Assembly (NCBI GenBank): GCA_021414085.1
Contig: JAIOPC010000011.1
Span: forward strand, 128,914-192,913
From: Actinomycetes bacterium
GTDB lineage: Bacteria; Actinomycetota; Acidimicrobiia; Acidimicrobiales; Ilumatobacteraceae
DNA length: 64,000 bases
Direction of reading: 5' to 3'
The stretch's first letter is position 1, and every line of letters begins with the position of its first letter. Positions 1 through 10,182 of this stretch are shown piece after piece. The position numbers were made by a program, and so were the translations under genes. The notes under the pieces are model-generated. The model was not told the origin of the DNA, did no database searches, and saw nothing but the letters and a program-made list of their open reading frames with translations.

Positions 1-140
1 TATCCACATCACTTGTGGCGATCGCGCTGCGGCCGTGCTGTACACGAACCTGATCCTCGCTGCATTCGGGGTTCCTGCAATCAGCTGAGATACCACCGGC
101 AGACTTCTCCGCCGTGCCACACCGGGCCTACGCTCGCGGT

Positions 141-1139
141 ATGACTACTCCTGTTCGTGTTGCTGTCACTGGTGCCGCCGGCCAGATCGGTTACAGCCTG
201 TTGTTCCGAATCGCATCGGGTTCGATGCTTGGTCCCGATACCCCCGTGATCTTGCAGTTGCTCGAGATCACACCCGCGCTGGGTGCGCTGGGCGGTGTGC
301 GCATGGAACTCGACGACTGCGCCTTCCCGTTGCTCGCCGATGTCGTGTGCACCGACGATGCCAACGTCGCATTTGGCGACGCCGATGTCGCCATGCTGGT
401 CGGCGCGATGCCGCGCAAGGCAGGCATGGAGCGCAGCGACCTGCTGAGCGCCAACGGTGGAATCTTCAAGCCGCAGGGCAAGGCGCTCAGTGACAGCGCC
501 AAGAAGGACGTCAAGGTGTTGGTGGTCGGTAACCCTGCGAACACCAACGCACTGATCGCGCAGCAGAACGCACCGGGGCTCGACCCGCGTCGCTTCACCG
601 CAATGACCCGCCTTGATCACAATCGTGCGATCTCGCAGTTGGCCCAGCGCGTCGGCGTGACCGTCAACGACGTCAGCAACATGACGATCTGGGGCAATCA
701 CTCTGTGACGCAATTCCCCGACCTCTATCACGCGCAAATCAGCAAGGGCGGCAAGCGCCAGAACGCGTACGAAGCCGTTAACGACCAGGCGTGGTACGCC
801 GACACGTACATCCCGTCGGTGGCCAAGCGCGGCGCGGCGGTCATCGAAGCACGCGGTTCTTCATCAGCAGCATCGGCAGCGAACGCGGCCGTCGACCACG
901 TGCGTTCGTGGTCACTGGGCACTCCCGAAGGCGATTGGGTCAGCATGGCCGTCGTCTCCGACGGCTCGTACGGCGTGCCAGAAGGCCTGATCAGCAGCTT
1001 CCCGTGCGTGTGCAGCAAGGGCGACTACTCGATCGTGCAGGGCCTCGATCTCAACGAGTTCAGTCGCGGCAAGATCGATGCATCGGCGGCAGAACTGGCC
1101 GAAGAGCGCGACGCCGTGAAGTCGTTGTCCTTGATCTAA
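141..1139 (+). CDS. mdh: malate dehydrogenase
   Basis: N-terminus [27 protein letters not shown] is a Rossmann GxxGxxG motif typical of MDH. Full-length similarity to bacterial MDH. Start moved to the ATG at 141 inside ORF 114..1139. Confidence 0.93.
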   Translation: MTTPVRVAVTGAAGQIGYSLLFRIASGSMLGPDTPVILQLLEITPALGALGGVRMELDDCAFPLLADVVCTDDANVAFGDADVAMLVGAMPRKAGMERSDLLSANGGIFKPQGKALSDSAKKDVKVLVVGNPANTNALIAQQNAPGLDPRRFTAMTRLDHNRAISQLAQRVGVTVNDVSNMTIWGNHSVTQFPDLYHAQISKGGKRQNAYEAVNDQAWYADTYIPSVAKRGAAVIEARGSSSAASAANAAVDHVRSWSLGTPEGDWVSMAVVSDGSYGVPEGLISSFPCVCSKGDYSIVQGLDLNEFSRGKIDASAAELAEERDAVKSLSLI

Positions 1140-1148
1140 CCGGTTGCT

Positions 1149-2537
1149 CTAGTCCGCTGGCGTATCGCAGCGAGTAAAGATCGCGTCGACAAGACCGTCG
1201 TCGAAGATTGCTTGCACACCCGAAAGCATTTGCGACGACCCAAAGTCCCACAGTCGCGACGTGTGCGAATCGATGTCGGGGTTGCCGTTCCAACACAGCG
1301 TCGATCTCATCGCGCCACCTTGGGCGTTGACTAACACGCTCCACGCGAGCAGCAGAGTTGCTGCGATCGCGGCGGCGCTGCGTCGTTGGCGCATCAGCAG
1401 CGCAACAGTCGGCGTGGCCGCGGCTGCGAAGAAGATCAGCGTGTCGGACATGAAACGTGGCCCGAACGAGTGACCCGCCCACCAGTTGACGGGTGGTCCG
1501 CTCGAGGCCAGCAGGTAGGCGAGACAGAGCCCAATGAGTAGTCGGTCGAAGTCGAGCAGCCCGTCTTTGACATCCGCCCGATTTCGTCTGGCGACTCCGA
1601 AGATGCCGAGCACGACGATTGGCGAGAACAGCAGAAGCCCGCGTGCTGGGCTGACCAGGTTGGTCGCCAACGCGAGTCCGTAATCGTCGTGCCATCCGAC
1701 TTTGCCAGCGCGGTAGTACTGCGGCAGCGGGCTGCCATAGTTCGCAGTGTTGACCATCATCCACGGAGCGGCGATGGCGAACGCGCCGATGAGGTAGCGC
1801 TTGAGATGCTTGCGCATTCGAAACGCGACAAAGGCGGTGAAGCCGAGCACGGCCACCGCGTTGGTTGGGCGGCAGGTGAAACTGCCCGCAACCGCGGCGC
1901 CAAGGCAAACGGCGGTCCACTTCAGCCGGGCACCTTCCATGGTTTCGCTGAGCAGCTGTTGACAGCAAAGGACGGCAATGGCAAGGAACAGCAGCGACGG
2001 ACCGTGTTGCCACATGGCGCGACTGGCTGTGGACCACGCTGCAGTTCCGAACGCGAATCCGAACGCGACGACGCCGGCGATTGCTCGGCGGCGCTTCATC
2101 GACTGCGCTGGGGCAAGGCGCTGGAAGCTGATGACGAACACGAGCACCACAACTAGTGCCATCAAGGCGGATGCACTGAGTTGTTGGATGACGTCCATGT
2201 GGCCGCCGTTCGCGACCGACGAGGAACCCGGTCCGATTCCGACAGCGTGTGCGACATCGAGCGCGACGACTGCGGGAATTAGCGCCAGCGAGGGCACCCA
2301 CGGATAGGTGTTGACCTCTCTACCTTCGTCGGTGATCGACATCCATCCATGCGTGTCGAACATCGGTGTATCGAACTCGTTGAGGCTGAGGTTGCCGTCG
2401 TGCAGGATGCTTTGTGCTGTCGGAAACGCAAGGTATGAGTCGTAGTTCTGACGAACCGGGCTGGCTCCGTAGACGACGAACGCAACTGCAAACACGGCAA
2501 GCAGCCACCGCCATCCGATGCGTTCCTTCGCGACCAC
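1149..2537 (-). CDS. polytopic membrane protein, GT-C-like glycosyltransferase (ArnT/PMT-like)
   Basis: About 460 aa with many hydrophobic helices. ORF 1149..2750 overlaps deoD, so I trimmed the start to the GTG at 2537, 2 nt after the deoD stop. Family assignment by general resemblance only. Confidence 0.55.
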   Translation of the reverse strand: MVAKERIGWRWLLAVFAVAFVVYGASPVRQNYDSYLAFPTAQSILHDGNLSLNEFDTPMFDTHGWMSITDEGREVNTYPWVPSLALIPAVVALDVAHAVGIGPGSSSVANGGHMDVIQQLSASALMALVVVLVFVISFQRLAPAQSMKRRRAIAGVVAFGFAFGTAAWSTASRAMWQHGPSLLFLAIAVLCCQQLLSETMEGARLKWTAVCLGAAVAGSFTCRPTNAVAVLGFTAFVAFRMRKHLKRYLIGAFAIAAPWMMVNTANYGSPLPQYYRAGKVGWHDDYGLALATNLVSPARGLLLFSPIVVLGIFGVARRNRADVKDGLLDFDRLLIGLCLAYLLASSGPPVNWWAGHSFGPRFMSDTLIFFAAAATPTVALLMRQRRSAAAIAATLLLAWSVLVNAQGGAMRSTLCWNGNPDIDSHTSRLWDFGSSQMLSGVQAIFDDGLVDAIFTRCDTPAD

Positions 2538-2539
2538 AG

Positions 2540-3256
2540 TTAACCGACGGCTACGTCGCAGGCGACTTCCATCATGCGGTCGACACCCTGCTTCAACTCT
2601 TCGTCGCTGATGCGCTCGGCGGTGCCTTCGTCGGCCGAGATGATGTCGCTGATCGTCGCCAGGCACAGTGTCTCGATCTTCTTGATCGCCCCGAGGGTGT
2701 ACAGCATGGCGGCTTCCATCTCGACCGCCAGGTGGCCGCGGTCGCGCCACTTCTGCATCATGTTCGGCCGCGGGTCGTAGAACAGCGCGGCGGACACGAT
2801 GCTGCCAACGTGAACAGTGGCGCCACGTTCGCGCGACAGTGCAACCGCGCGCTCGACCAACGAGTATGAGGCGGTTGGCGCGTGCGGGTCGCCATCGGTC
2901 ATCAGCGCGACACTCGGATCGTCGGGCGTTGCGCTGAGCGCGATCACGGTGTCGGCCATTCGTAACCCGGGGGCGATTCCGCCGGCCGTGCCAACGCGGA
3001 TGATGCGCTTGGCGCCGAGCATGATCAGTTCGTTGTAATAGATCGCCGCACTCGGGCAGCCCATCCCGCTGGCCTGCACGCTGATCGGCTTGCCTTTGAA
3101 CGTGCCGGTATAGCCAAGCGCGCCGCGCTCTTCGTTGACGAGCTTGGCACCGGAATCGAAGAACGTCTCGGCGATGTACTTCGCCCGACGTGGGTCGCCT
3201 GGCACCAACACTGCGGGTGCGTAGTCGGATGCTTCAGCACGAATATGAATAGGCAT
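2540..3256 (-). CDS. deoD: purine nucleoside phosphorylase, DeoD type
   Basis: VLVPGDPRRAKYIAETF and SGMGCPSAAIYYNELI closely match hexameric DeoD PNPs. Confidence 0.93.
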   Translation of the reverse strand: MPIHIRAEASDYAPAVLVPGDPRRAKYIAETFFDSGAKLVNEERGALGYTGTFKGKPISVQASGMGCPSAAIYYNELIMLGAKRIIRVGTAGGIAPGLRMADTVIALSATPDDPSVALMTDGDPHAPTASYSLVERAVALSRERGATVHVGSIVSAALFYDPRPNMMQKWRDRGHLAVEMEAAMLYTLGAIKKIETLCLATISDIISADEGTAERISDEELKQGVDRMMEVACDVAVG

Positions 3257-3292
3257 ACGCCCAGCGTACGCGAGCGATCATCGTCCCTCTGC

Positions 3293-4129
3293 CTACTTCA
3301 GAAACTTGCTGGTGGTGTTGTCGGCGAGAATCTTGCCCGCCGTTTGGCAGGTGGGGCAGTAGGCGACCGTGTAGCCGCTGTAACTGACCGAGCGGACGGT
3401 GTCGGCGCACACCGGGCACGGCTGGCCGACTCGGTTGTGCACGCGTCCGGGGCGATCGGCCGAGGAACTCATGTCGGTGCGTGTTCGCTCGTACGCGAGG
3501 CCCTCTTCGACGGCGTCGTGAATAGCCGCGTGCACTTTGGTGGCACCCTCGAGCCCCAACTTGCGAGTCATTGCGAACGGCGAAATCTGTGCGCGGTGGC
3601 ACACCTCGTTGGCCAACATGCGCCCGAGGCCAGCGATGTGGTGCTGATCGCGCAGGAACCCGTGCACGCGCATGTTGTTGGCGGCGAAGGCGTCGGCGAG
3701 TGATTGCGGCGAGAAGTCCAACGCTTCCGGACCGAGTCGGTTCATCGGCGGCCCGTCGAGCTGCAACGTCTTCACGCACCAGACGCCAGCTCGTCGTTCC
3801 TTGCCTGCTTCCGTCAGCAGTAGCGCCGGTCCTTCCTCGAACACAAAGCGCGCTTGGCCCTTGAATGGCTTCAACGATTGTTTCTCGTCGACGAGTAGCC
3901 GCCCGCCTTGCATCAGGTGGATCACGAAGTGGATCGGCCCGAAGTCGAGCAGCAGGTACTTGCCGCGACGGTTCACGCCCAACAGCGGAGTGCCGTACGC
4001 CTCCTCTGGTCGCGGTGTTGCCGTCTTCAACGCCGTGAAGTTGAACGGTACGAATTTCTTGAGGATCGCGCCGCGGAACTGCTCGCCCAGCCGTTCGACG
4101 TGTGCCTGCACCTCAGGAAGCTCGGGCAC
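3293..4129 (-). CDS. Fpg/Nei-family DNA glycosylase (formamidopyrimidine-DNA glycosylase-like)
   Basis: The internal GTG at 4129 gives the canonical N-terminus (M)PELPEV. C-terminal zinc finger CPVC...CPTC. The start lies 14 nt after the stop of the upstream SCP2 gene. Confidence 0.85.
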   Translation of the reverse strand: MPELPEVQAHVERLGEQFRGAILKKFVPFNFTALKTATPRPEEAYGTPLLGVNRRGKYLLLDFGPIHFVIHLMQGGRLLVDEKQSLKPFKGQARFVFEEGPALLLTEAGKERRAGVWCVKTLQLDGPPMNRLGPEALDFSPQSLADAFAANNMRVHGFLRDQHHIAGLGRMLANEVCHRAQISPFAMTRKLGLEGATKVHAAIHDAVEEGLAYERTRTDMSSSADRPGRVHNRVGQPCPVCADTVRSVSYSGYTVAYCPTCQTAGKILADNTTSKFLK

Positions 4130-4142
4130 AGCGCGGCCTACC

Positions 4143-4541
4143 TCAGCGGTACTCGGTGCGTTCGCGAACAGTGGCGAACACCGCATCGAGCGCGCCGAAC
4201 ACGGGCTGCGATTCGACCAGTCTCTGCTGACTGCCGGTGAGCAAGATGCGCCCCTTGATGAACGCTTCCTGCGCGTTGAGCTCGCCGGTCGCGACGCCAA
4301 CAGCTGTCTCCCATGTCTGCTCCATGCGCACGTCTTCCGGTTCGGCCGCGCCTGCACCAAAGCGTGCTGCGCCGTTGCCAACCTGTAGGTGATACACGAC
4401 GTCGCCTTCAGGTCCGCCGGTCACGACTTGCGTGACGCCGATCGAGTGTTGCACCGCCAGCGACTGCAGCGCGGTGTTGGCCTCGACTTGTTCGGTGAGC
4501 GCGTCGAGCCACTCGAGACTGAGATAACGAATCACGCTCAT
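4143..4541 (-). CDS. SCP2 sterol-carrier domain protein
   Basis: 132 aa. LNAQEAFIKGRILLTGSQQRL resembles the SCP2 C-terminal motif. Confidence 0.75.
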   Translation of the reverse strand: MSVIRYLSLEWLDALTEQVEANTALQSLAVQHSIGVTQVVTGGPEGDVVYHLQVGNGAARFGAGAAEPEDVRMEQTWETAVGVATGELNAQEAFIKGRILLTGSQQRLVESQPVFGALDAVFATVRERTEYR

Positions 4542-4552
4542 AGTCTGGCCTG

Positions 4553-5203
4553 ATGCCGACCGATGCCGACGAATTGCGTCATGCCTGGAACGGCACCGGT
4601 GCCGATGTAGAGGCGTGGTGGTGGTGGGGCCACAGCCCGGCTGCCGATGTTGGCGTGTTCGTTGGCCTCGAGTTGCGTGGTCGACGCTTCGACTATTGGG
4701 CGGGTGTCGTGCGTGCGGGCGAGCCGTACCTCTACATCGAGGAGCTCGATGGCAGTGGGTTGCGAGCGGGGTTAGAGATCAAGCCGCCCGAGATGTGGGC
4801 TGACCATCAATGCGATGTGCCGTTCCGGCAATGGAGTATTGGCAACGAGGCGCACGGCGTGCTGCTGGACGATCCGATGGAAGCGTTGCATCGTGCGTAC
4901 GGAACGCCAGTGGCGGTGACGTTCGACATCGAATGGTTCTCCGATGTCGCTGCGATGCCGATCGAAGGTGGCTACGAGCAGGTTGGTGCAGTCGACGCTC
5001 GCATCGAATTGGTTGAGGGCGTCTTGGCGATAACCGGCCCGGCCCATCGGGTGCACGTGTGGGGTAAGCCATACAGCCCGCCGCCGATGGCGATAAACGC
5101 CACCGACGACGGGCTGCGTGCGCCGTACCGTCTTCACGGCGGAGGCGAGGTCTTGCAGTTGCTAACCAACCGGGGTTGGGTGGTTGGGAGGGTTGGCAAC
5201 TGA
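4553..5203 (+). CDS. hypothetical protein
   Basis: 216-aa ORF with coding-like composition. A TAGTCT -10-like hexamer (4541..4546) lies 6 nt before the ATG, which is leaderless geometry. No domain recognised. Confidence 0.6.
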   Translation: MPTDADELRHAWNGTGADVEAWWWWGHSPAADVGVFVGLELRGRRFDYWAGVVRAGEPYLYIEELDGSGLRAGLEIKPPEMWADHQCDVPFRQWSIGNEAHGVLLDDPMEALHRAYGTPVAVTFDIEWFSDVAAMPIEGGYEQVGAVDARIELVEGVLAITGPAHRVHVWGKPYSPPPMAINATDDGLRAPYRLHGGGEVLQLLTNRGWVVGRVGN

Positions 5204-6193
5204 CGGCTGCGGAGGCCGCGCCGGCACATTGCTCTGCTGCGGCCGCCGGCTCACCCGCCGGCTCACTCGCCACACGATCAGAAGGGCCAAGCCGCCGAGC
5301 ACGAGGAACGGTGCGGTGTAGCCGACGAAGAGCGCGATCGCCACCAGCACGGCGAGGAATGCAGCCCAACCCTTCTTGAAGGCAGCGCCAACGCCCTTGT
5401 CGGGCAGCGACTTCGAGAGGTTCCCGACTTCGTTTGTCGCGGCTATCGGTGGGGCGGTGGTGAGGTGCACCGTGATCGTCGCGAGAGCGACCAGCCCGTC
5501 GAGCGTGTTCTGCTGCGCTCGCAACTGCTCGAGGTGCGTCTGGCGACTGGTGAACTCGGTCTCCAGCCGAATCACATCGTCGAGATTCGTCGCCCCTTCA
5601 AGCAGCACACGCACGCGGTCGACGCTGGCCTCTGCCGCCAGGATCTGTGCATCGAGGTCGGTGATCTGCGTGGTCACATCGCTGGTGGTTCCATCGAGAC
5701 CGGTGCGGCGGCCGATGGCGGGGTCGAGACCGTTGAGGAACAACTGCACTTCGTCGGGCGGAAGCTTGAAGACAAGATCGCCGCTCGCCGTCTTCGGATC
5801 GTTGAGATCGAGCTGCGAGTCGTACAGCTGACCACCGTGGCGGGCCGCGAGCGCGATCACCTGGTCGACCGCGTTGGCCGCCTCCGTGACTTCGATGCTG
5901 ACCGTCATCGTGATGACGAGCTTGCGACTCGGATCGGTGACGACGTCGGGGATCGGTGACGATTGCGGTTGCCCGCCAAGCTCCGGACTGACCGAGTCGG
6001 TGGCCTCCCCGCCCCCGCTGATCGATCGCCCGTCACCGGCTTCTGGTGCAAGCGCTTCATCAACACCTGTTGTTGTGTTGGCGGTTTGCTCGTAGTCGGC
6101 ACTCTTCTTGTCGTCGCCGCAAGCGGTGAGTGCGATGAGGGCGAGCGCGGCGGCGACTCCGGCACTGCGCCTGGCTGTGTTCACGTGTGTCAT
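5162..6193 (-). CDS. DUF4349-like lipoprotein
   Basis: Signal peptide with lipobox LIALTAC. Central coiled-coil-like region, C-terminal TM helix and basic tail, as in DUF4349 proteins. Confidence 0.7.
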   Translation of the reverse strand: MTHVNTARRSAGVAAALALIALTACGDDKKSADYEQTANTTTGVDEALAPEAGDGRSISGGGEATDSVSPELGGQPQSSPIPDVVTDPSRKLVITMTVSIEVTEAANAVDQVIALAARHGGQLYDSQLDLNDPKTASGDLVFKLPPDEVQLFLNGLDPAIGRRTGLDGTTSDVTTQITDLDAQILAAEASVDRVRVLLEGATNLDDVIRLETEFTSRQTHLEQLRAQQNTLDGLVALATITVHLTTAPPIAATNEVGNLSKSLPDKGVGAAFKKGWAAFLAVLVAIALFVGYTAPFLVLGGLALLIVWRVSRRVSRRPQQSNVPARPPQPSVANPPNHPTPVG

Positions 6194-6238
6194 GCCACTC
6201 CGACGTGGAGCGGCGGCAGTTGGTTCCGCGGGTGCGTG

Positions 6239-6868
6239 TCAGTTAGGTGACGATGCGGACGCGCTCTTGCGATGCTTGCGCAGTTCCCAGGCGATCGGGG
6301 CCAGCGAGATCGCGACGATCACGATTGCAGCCAACTCGATGTTGTTCTTCACTGCGTCGATTTCGCCGAGGAAGTAGCCGAGCGTCGTGACACCCGCACC
6401 CCACAGCAGTCCGCCGATCACGTTGTAGGTGACGAACGTGCGGTAGTGCATGCGGCTGGCGCCCGCAACCGTCGGTACGAACGTGCGCACGATCGGCACA
6501 AAGCGGGCCAACACGATCGTCTTCGAGCCGTGCTTGGCGAAGAACGTCTCCGCCTTGTCGACGTACTCGGGGTTGAAGAAACGACTCTTCTCGCGCTTGA
6601 ACAACGCAGGTCCGAACTTGTTGCCGATCATGTAGCCGACCTGATCGCCGACGATGGCGGCAAGAGCGCACGTCAGCGCCACCCACGGCAACGCGGGCAA
6701 GTGGTGGCCGCCCGCATCGGAGGCGAGGAAGCCAGCGAAGAACAGCAGCGAGTCGCCAGGCAGGAAGAACCCGACCAGCAATCCCGATTCGGCGAAGACG
6801 ATGATCGCCAAAACGATCAAACCGCCACGCTCAACCCACTTGTTCGCGAAGTCCAGTAGGCCGAGCAT
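6239..6868 (-). CDS. DedA-family membrane protein
   Basis: VFAESGLLVGFFLPGDSLLFFAG motif. About 4-5 TM helices. Confidence 0.85.
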   Translation of the reverse strand: MLGLLDFANKWVERGGLIVLAIIVFAESGLLVGFFLPGDSLLFFAGFLASDAGGHHLPALPWVALTCALAAIVGDQVGYMIGNKFGPALFKREKSRFFNPEYVDKAETFFAKHGSKTIVLARFVPIVRTFVPTVAGASRMHYRTFVTYNVIGGLLWGAGVTTLGYFLGEIDAVKNNIELAAIVIVAISLAPIAWELRKHRKSASASSPN

Positions 6869-6888
6869 GGCGGTTGATCGAGCGACGA

Positions 6889-9195
6889 TTACTTAACGAC
6901 GGCGGTCATCGTGTTGGGACGGCGGCCGCTGAAGATGATGGCGCCGATCAACACCACGAGGGCTGCTGCCGCAATGCTGAGGCGGGCGCCGAGGTTGTCT
7001 TCCAGGCTGATGATGGCCGGGAGGGTGAGCAGGCTGACCAGGTTCATCACCTTGATCAACGGGTTCAACGCCGGGCCAGCAGTGTCCTTGAACGGGTCGC
7101 CGACGGTGTCGCCGATGACGGCGGCCTTGTGCGGGTCGCTGCCCTTGCCGCCGTGGTGTCCGTCTTCGATGTACTTCTTCGCGTTGTCCCACGCACCACC
7201 AGCGTTGCTGAGGTAGTTGGCCATCAACTGGCCGACGAGGATGACGGCGGCGAGGAAGGCGCCGAGTGCACGCCAGTCGAGGCCGAAGCCGATGACGACC
7301 GGGGTGAGCACTGCGAGCAGTGCGGGCGTTGCGAGTTCGCGCAGCGAGGCTTCGGTGCAGATGTCGATGACCGGGCCGTACTCGGGCTGCTTCTCGCCCT
7401 TCATGATCTTGCCGTCAGCGAACTGCTTGCGTACCTCTTGTACGACGACGCCAGCGGTGCGGCCAACCGCACGAATCGCGAGCGACGAGAACAAGAACGG
7501 CACAGCGCCACCGATGAGCAGGCCGATGAAGATCTTCGGCTCTGCCACGTTGATCTGCAGTTCGGCTGCCTTGAACACGCCGTCCTTCAGGTTGTCGGCG
7601 ACAACCTTCAACTCGTCGCCAGCAGTTTCGATAAAGCTGGCGAACAAGGCGACGGCGGCGATGACTGCGGAACCGATGGCGAAGCCCTTTGTGACGGCCT
7701 TCGTGGTGTTGCCCACTGCGTCGAGGGCGACCATGATCTTCTCCGGCTCGCCGTGGAACTCGCCGCTCATTTCGGCGATGCCGGCGGCGTTGTCGCTGAC
7801 CGGGCCGAACGTATCTTCCGACACGATCACTCCCGTGGTGGCGAGCATGCCCATGCCGCAGAGTGCGACGAGGTAGAGCGAGAACGTCAGGTTGCCGCCG
7901 CCGAGGGCCAGCGACACACCGATTGCGATGGCGATGGCGATGACTGCGTACACCGACGACTCCATGCCGCTAGCGGTACCGGACAGCACGACGGTTGCCG
8001 GACCAGTCTCGGCGCTCTCTGCAATTTCTTGCACTGGGCGGAAGTGGGTGCCGGTGTAGTACTCGGTGAGGCGGCTGACGAGCTGTGCGAGCACGAGGCC
8101 AATGGCGACGGCACCGAAGCACTTCCAACCCGCCATGTCGTTGTTGTCGTTTCCGACGTAAAGGAGCGCAACGGCGAGTGTGCCCAGCAGCGTGAGCGTG
8201 CCGGCGACGGCGAAGCCCTTGTTGATCGGCTTCAGCGCGTTGGTTTCGCCTTCCTTCGCCTTCACCGCGAACACGCCGAAGATGGAGGCGATGACGCCGA
8301 TGGCGCGAGCAGCGAGCGGGAACATGACACCGAGCGCCGGGTTGGCGCCCACTGAGTTGAACGCGGCCACGCCGAGGATGATGGAGGCGACGAGGGTGAC
8401 TTCGTAGCTCTCGAACAAGTCGGCGGCCATACCGGCGCAGTCGCCGACGTTGTCGCCCACGTTGTCGGCGATGGTGGCCGGGTTGCGCGGGTCGTCTTCG
8501 GGAATGCCGGCTTCAACCTTGCCAACAAGGTCGGCGCCGACGTCGGCAGCCTTGGTGAAGATGCCGCCACCTACTCGCAAGAACAGGGCCAGCAGCGAAC
8601 CACCGAAGCCGAAGCCGATGAGGATCGCCGAGCTGGTGTTCTGGAAAACCATGATGATGCCGGTTGCGCCGAGCAGGCCGAGGCCGACGGTGAACATGCC
8701 TGCAACGCCGCCCGTGCGGAAGGCGACGGTGAGCGCCTTCGGCATGCTGCCGGTAAGTGCGGCGGCGGCGGTGCGCACGTTGCCGCGCGTTGCGAGCGTC
8801 ATGCCGATGTAACCCGTGAAGCCGGAAGCCAAGCAGCCGAGCACGAACGCCACGGTGCGCCACAGACCGGATTCCGCGAACGACAGCGCAACTCCGCCGT
8901 CGCCGGGCTTGTTGATCGCCGTCGACGTAAAGAACACGATCGCGGCGAGCGGCACGAGGATGACGGCGATCGTCTTGAACTGCCGTTTCAGGTAGGCGAG
9001 CGCGCCTTCTTGAATCGCTTTCGCGATCTCTTTCATCTTCGGCGAACCCTCGTCGGCCGCAAGGACCAGCTTGGCGAGGAACAGTCCGACGATGATGGCG
9101 AGGACAGCGGCGGCGGCCGAGAGGAGCAGGACCGCCCACTCGCCACCCTTCAGCTCGAATACCTGATAGCCGCCTTCGGCAATGATTGCTGGCAC
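6889..9195 (-). CDS. hppA: membrane-bound H+-translocating pyrophosphatase (K+-independent type)
   Basis: [19 protein letters not shown] and [21 protein letters not shown] motifs. GNTTKA carries the Lys diagnostic of K+-independent enzymes. GTG start at 9195. Confidence 0.95.
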   Translation of the reverse strand: MPAIIAEGGYQVFELKGGEWAVLLLSAAAAVLAIIVGLFLAKLVLAADEGSPKMKEIAKAIQEGALAYLKRQFKTIAVILVPLAAIVFFTSTAINKPGDGGVALSFAESGLWRTVAFVLGCLASGFTGYIGMTLATRGNVRTAAAALTGSMPKALTVAFRTGGVAGMFTVGLGLLGATGIIMVFQNTSSAILIGFGFGGSLLALFLRVGGGIFTKAADVGADLVGKVEAGIPEDDPRNPATIADNVGDNVGDCAGMAADLFESYEVTLVASIILGVAAFNSVGANPALGVMFPLAARAIGVIASIFGVFAVKAKEGETNALKPINKGFAVAGTLTLLGTLAVALLYVGNDNNDMAGWKCFGAVAIGLVLAQLVSRLTEYYTGTHFRPVQEIAESAETGPATVVLSGTASGMESSVYAVIAIAIAIGVSLALGGGNLTFSLYLVALCGMGMLATTGVIVSEDTFGPVSDNAAGIAEMSGEFHGEPEKIMVALDAVGNTTKAVTKGFAIGSAVIAAVALFASFIETAGDELKVVADNLKDGVFKAAELQINVAEPKIFIGLLIGGAVPFLFSSLAIRAVGRTAGVVVQEVRKQFADGKIMKGEKQPEYGPVIDICTEASLRELATPALLAVLTPVVIGFGLDWRALGAFLAAVILVGQLMANYLSNAGGAWDNAKKYIEDGHHGGKGSDPHKAAVIGDTVGDPFKDTAGPALNPLIKVMNLVSLLTLPAIISLEDNLGARLSIAAAALVVLIGAIIFSGRRPNTMTAVVK

Positions 9196-9306
9196 CGGAA
9201 TCTCCAGGGCATCTAGGGCGCGGCGCTAGGCCACGCTGATTGGTGAACGCAGAGAGTGTAGAGACTCTGGACCCATACGACGAACTACCAGCCAGGTTTC
9301 CCGTCA

Positions 9307-9355
9307 AGCGTTTGTACGGTCCCGCACGCCAGGCGTGCGCCAGCGTTCAAACGCT
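9307..9355. other. nested palindrome in the hppA/sdhC intergenic region
   Basis: Outer arms AGCGTTTG (9307-9314) / CAAACGCT (9348-9355). Inner palindrome CGCACGCC-a-GGCGTGCG (9323-9339). Confidence 0.4.
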
Positions 9356-9412
9356 GCGCCATCTCGTGGGAGTTCGTGGTTCGGGAGGGGTGTACGGCTA
9401 CGGTTCACAGCG

Positions 9413-10177
9413 ATGGCACAGGCAGTCCAATCCCGCCCGCCGGTTACTGGCTCAGCGGTGACCCCCCGGAAGCGACGCAAGTTCTTCTTGCTCGATCTGT
9501 ACTCAACCGCAGTCGGCAAGAAGTACGCGATGGCCATCAGCGGCATCATGCTGATCGGCTTCGTGCTTGCCCACATGATCGGCAACCTGAAGATGTTCCT
9601 CGGGGCCGAGGACTTCAACCACTACGGCGAGTTCTTGCGCGAGCTGCTGGTGCCGATCCTGCCGCGCACGGTCGCGCTATGGCTGATGCGCTTTGGTCTG
9701 ATCGCTGCCGTCGGCGTCCACATCCATGCCGCGTACGGCCTGACGATCCTTAACCACCAGGCGCGCTCGGTGAAGTACCAAGGCCCGCGCGATTACCAAG
9801 TCGCCAACTTCGCCAGCCGCACGATGCGCTGGTCCGGCATCATCGTGTTCCTCTTCCTGTTCTGGCACCTCGCCGACCTGACGTGGGGATGGTGGAACGC
9901 AGTCGGCAACGACGGCACTTTTGTGCGCGGCGATGTCTACGGCAACGTGGTGCGCAGCTTCGAACGTGTTCCAGTCTCTGTGCTCTACATCGTCGCCAAC
10001 ATCGCGCTCGGCTTTCACCTGTTCCACGGCGTGTGGAGCCTGTTCCAGTCGATGGGTTGGAACAACCCACGCTTCAAGGCCTGGCGCCGTTACATCGCTG
10101 TTGGCATCGCCACGATGATCGTCGTCGGCAACGTCTCGTTCCCGCTGGCGGTACTCGCCGGGATTGTGGGGGAGTAA
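9413..10177 (+). CDS. sdhC: succinate dehydrogenase/fumarate reductase cytochrome b subunit (b558 family)
   Basis: Five predicted TM helices with conserved His residues. Sits immediately upstream of sdhA/sdhB. Start moved to the ATG at 9413 (MAQAV). Confidence 0.85.
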   Translation: MAQAVQSRPPVTGSAVTPRKRRKFFLLDLYSTAVGKKYAMAISGIMLIGFVLAHMIGNLKMFLGAEDFNHYGEFLRELLVPILPRTVALWLMRFGLIAAVGVHIHAAYGLTILNHQARSVKYQGPRDYQVANFASRTMRWSGIIVFLFLFWHLADLTWGWWNAVGNDGTFVRGDVYGNVVRSFERVPVSVLYIVANIALGFHLFHGVWSLFQSMGWNNPRFKAWRRYIAVGIATMIVVGNVSFPLAVLAGIVGE

Positions 10178-10182
10178 CCGCG

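Noticed and set aside
6874-8355. 493-aa ORF antisense to hppA. The same applies to many 60-270-aa ORFs nested in or opposite sdhA, the VWA gene, pstS, GH2 and mfd.
   Set aside because: These are shadow ORFs of strongly supported genes. Acidic or Arg-rich compositions are typical of antisense and out-of-frame translation of GC-rich genes.
9242-9248. GTTCACC (minus-strand reading) about 50 nt upstream of hppA as a PHO box linking the pyrophosphatase to the Pho regulon
   Set aside because: Only a single 11-nt unit is present. The flanking units do not resemble the repeat, and PhoP/RegX3-type binding needs at least two direct repeats.
9260-9275. AGAGT-N6-ACTCT inverted repeat upstream of hppA/sdhC as a second CRP-like site
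   Set aside because: The arms are only 5 bp, with no resemblance to the TGTGA/TCACA core. A match this short is expected by chance in a 217-nt region.
9883-10182. Long N-terminal extensions of track ORFs: 9883 for sdhA, 33211 for MFS, 36795 for S9, 42062 and 43491 for the ABC ATPases, 48914..50431, 48126..49229, 53330 for deoC, 21737..22621 for sigK
   Set aside because: The extensions overlap the upstream gene in another frame and encode Arg-rich nonsense. Internal starts give canonical N-termini, SDs or stop-start overlaps.
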